From contig NC_135767.1 in the NCBI RefSeq assembly GCF_052425735.1, positions 11,842,001 to 11,906,000 of the forward strand: a stretch of 64,000 nucleotides of DNA, given 5' to 3'. Numbering within the stretch: position 1 is the stretch's first letter; each line of letters starts with the position of its first letter. This DNA comes from Oculina patagonica. Taxonomy: Eukaryota. Made by a program: the position numbers and the translations under genes. Below are positions 63,306-64,000 of the stretch, in pieces. The notes beneath the pieces were generated by a model that saw only the letters and a list, made by a program, of their open reading frames with translations, had not been told where the DNA came from and did no database searches.

Positions 63306-63702
63306 AACATACCTCGTACGACATTACGTTAAACTTTTTATATTTGACCCCTGTTTTACTTCTCAGGGAGACAGTGGCGGACCATTCGTTTGCAAAGAAG
63401 GTGGGAGATGGGTCCTGCGTGGTGCTGTGAGTTGGGGTCACAAACACTGTAGGACCGACTACTTTACAGTGTTTGCCAGAGTCAGTACCTTTGTCAACTG
63501 GATATATCAAAGGACGTCTTAAAGTAAGTAAGCAACTTACTATTTTTTCAACAGATCATATCAAGTTTGTAAATATGTAAAAGTGTCCTTTGGCGCGGAT
63601 ATAAATATTTTGCTTGCTATCAACTCGGAACAGAGTTGATCGCCATGGACATTGCGAATTTTTGCAGTTGGTGGTTAAACATTCTTTGCTTTACCCACTA
63701 AA

Positions 63703-63740
63703 TCAACAACAACAACAACAACAACAACAACACAACAACG
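63703..63740 (+). repeat. (CAA)n microsatellite
   Basis: Direct read. Confidence 0.85.
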
Positions 63741-64000
63741 GCAATAAGCAAACAACAGCCAAGCAGAGAGATGCACGTGTATCGGATGGGTAGTTATTGG
63801 GCCTTGTCGTGTTCTCAGTTTCGTTGTTGGTAAAGATGCCACAACCGCCAATGCCTGTTGTATTTTTAATTACTTTACCTTAAAATAGATAAATGCTTAA
63901 AATTATTAAAAACAAGTTGAAGTAGAAGTGATCTTTTTTTTTTATTTGCGGTAGCGACGACTTGCAAAAGTGTTTCTTTTTTATTGGCTCTGCACGTGTA

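Overview
AT-rich, repeat-dense animal genomic DNA. The gene and repeat content suggests a cnidarian, probably a stony coral (inference). Host genes are one intronless class A GPCR (10.9-12.0 kb), a cluster of six related intronless short-loop class A GPCRs built by inverted and tandem duplication (15.6-55.6 kb, one copy frameshifted), and a 5-exon secreted S1 serine protease that appears pseudogenised (60.1-63.5 kb). Mobile DNA includes a decayed full-length BEL/Pao LTR retrotransposon with a nested tRNA-SINE, a decayed Crypton-type tyrosine-recombinase ORF interrupted by an internally deleted ISL2EU-like transposon, Penelope and LINE remnants, minimal hammerhead ribozyme motifs, SINEs and several MITEs. 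The most unusual structures are two non-coding, apparently TSD-less elements (48597-49723 and 56696-57122). Each has a long terminal hairpin plus an internal segment complementary to both termini, reminiscent of the DIRS internal complementary region. All alignments and counts were done by eye and are approximate.
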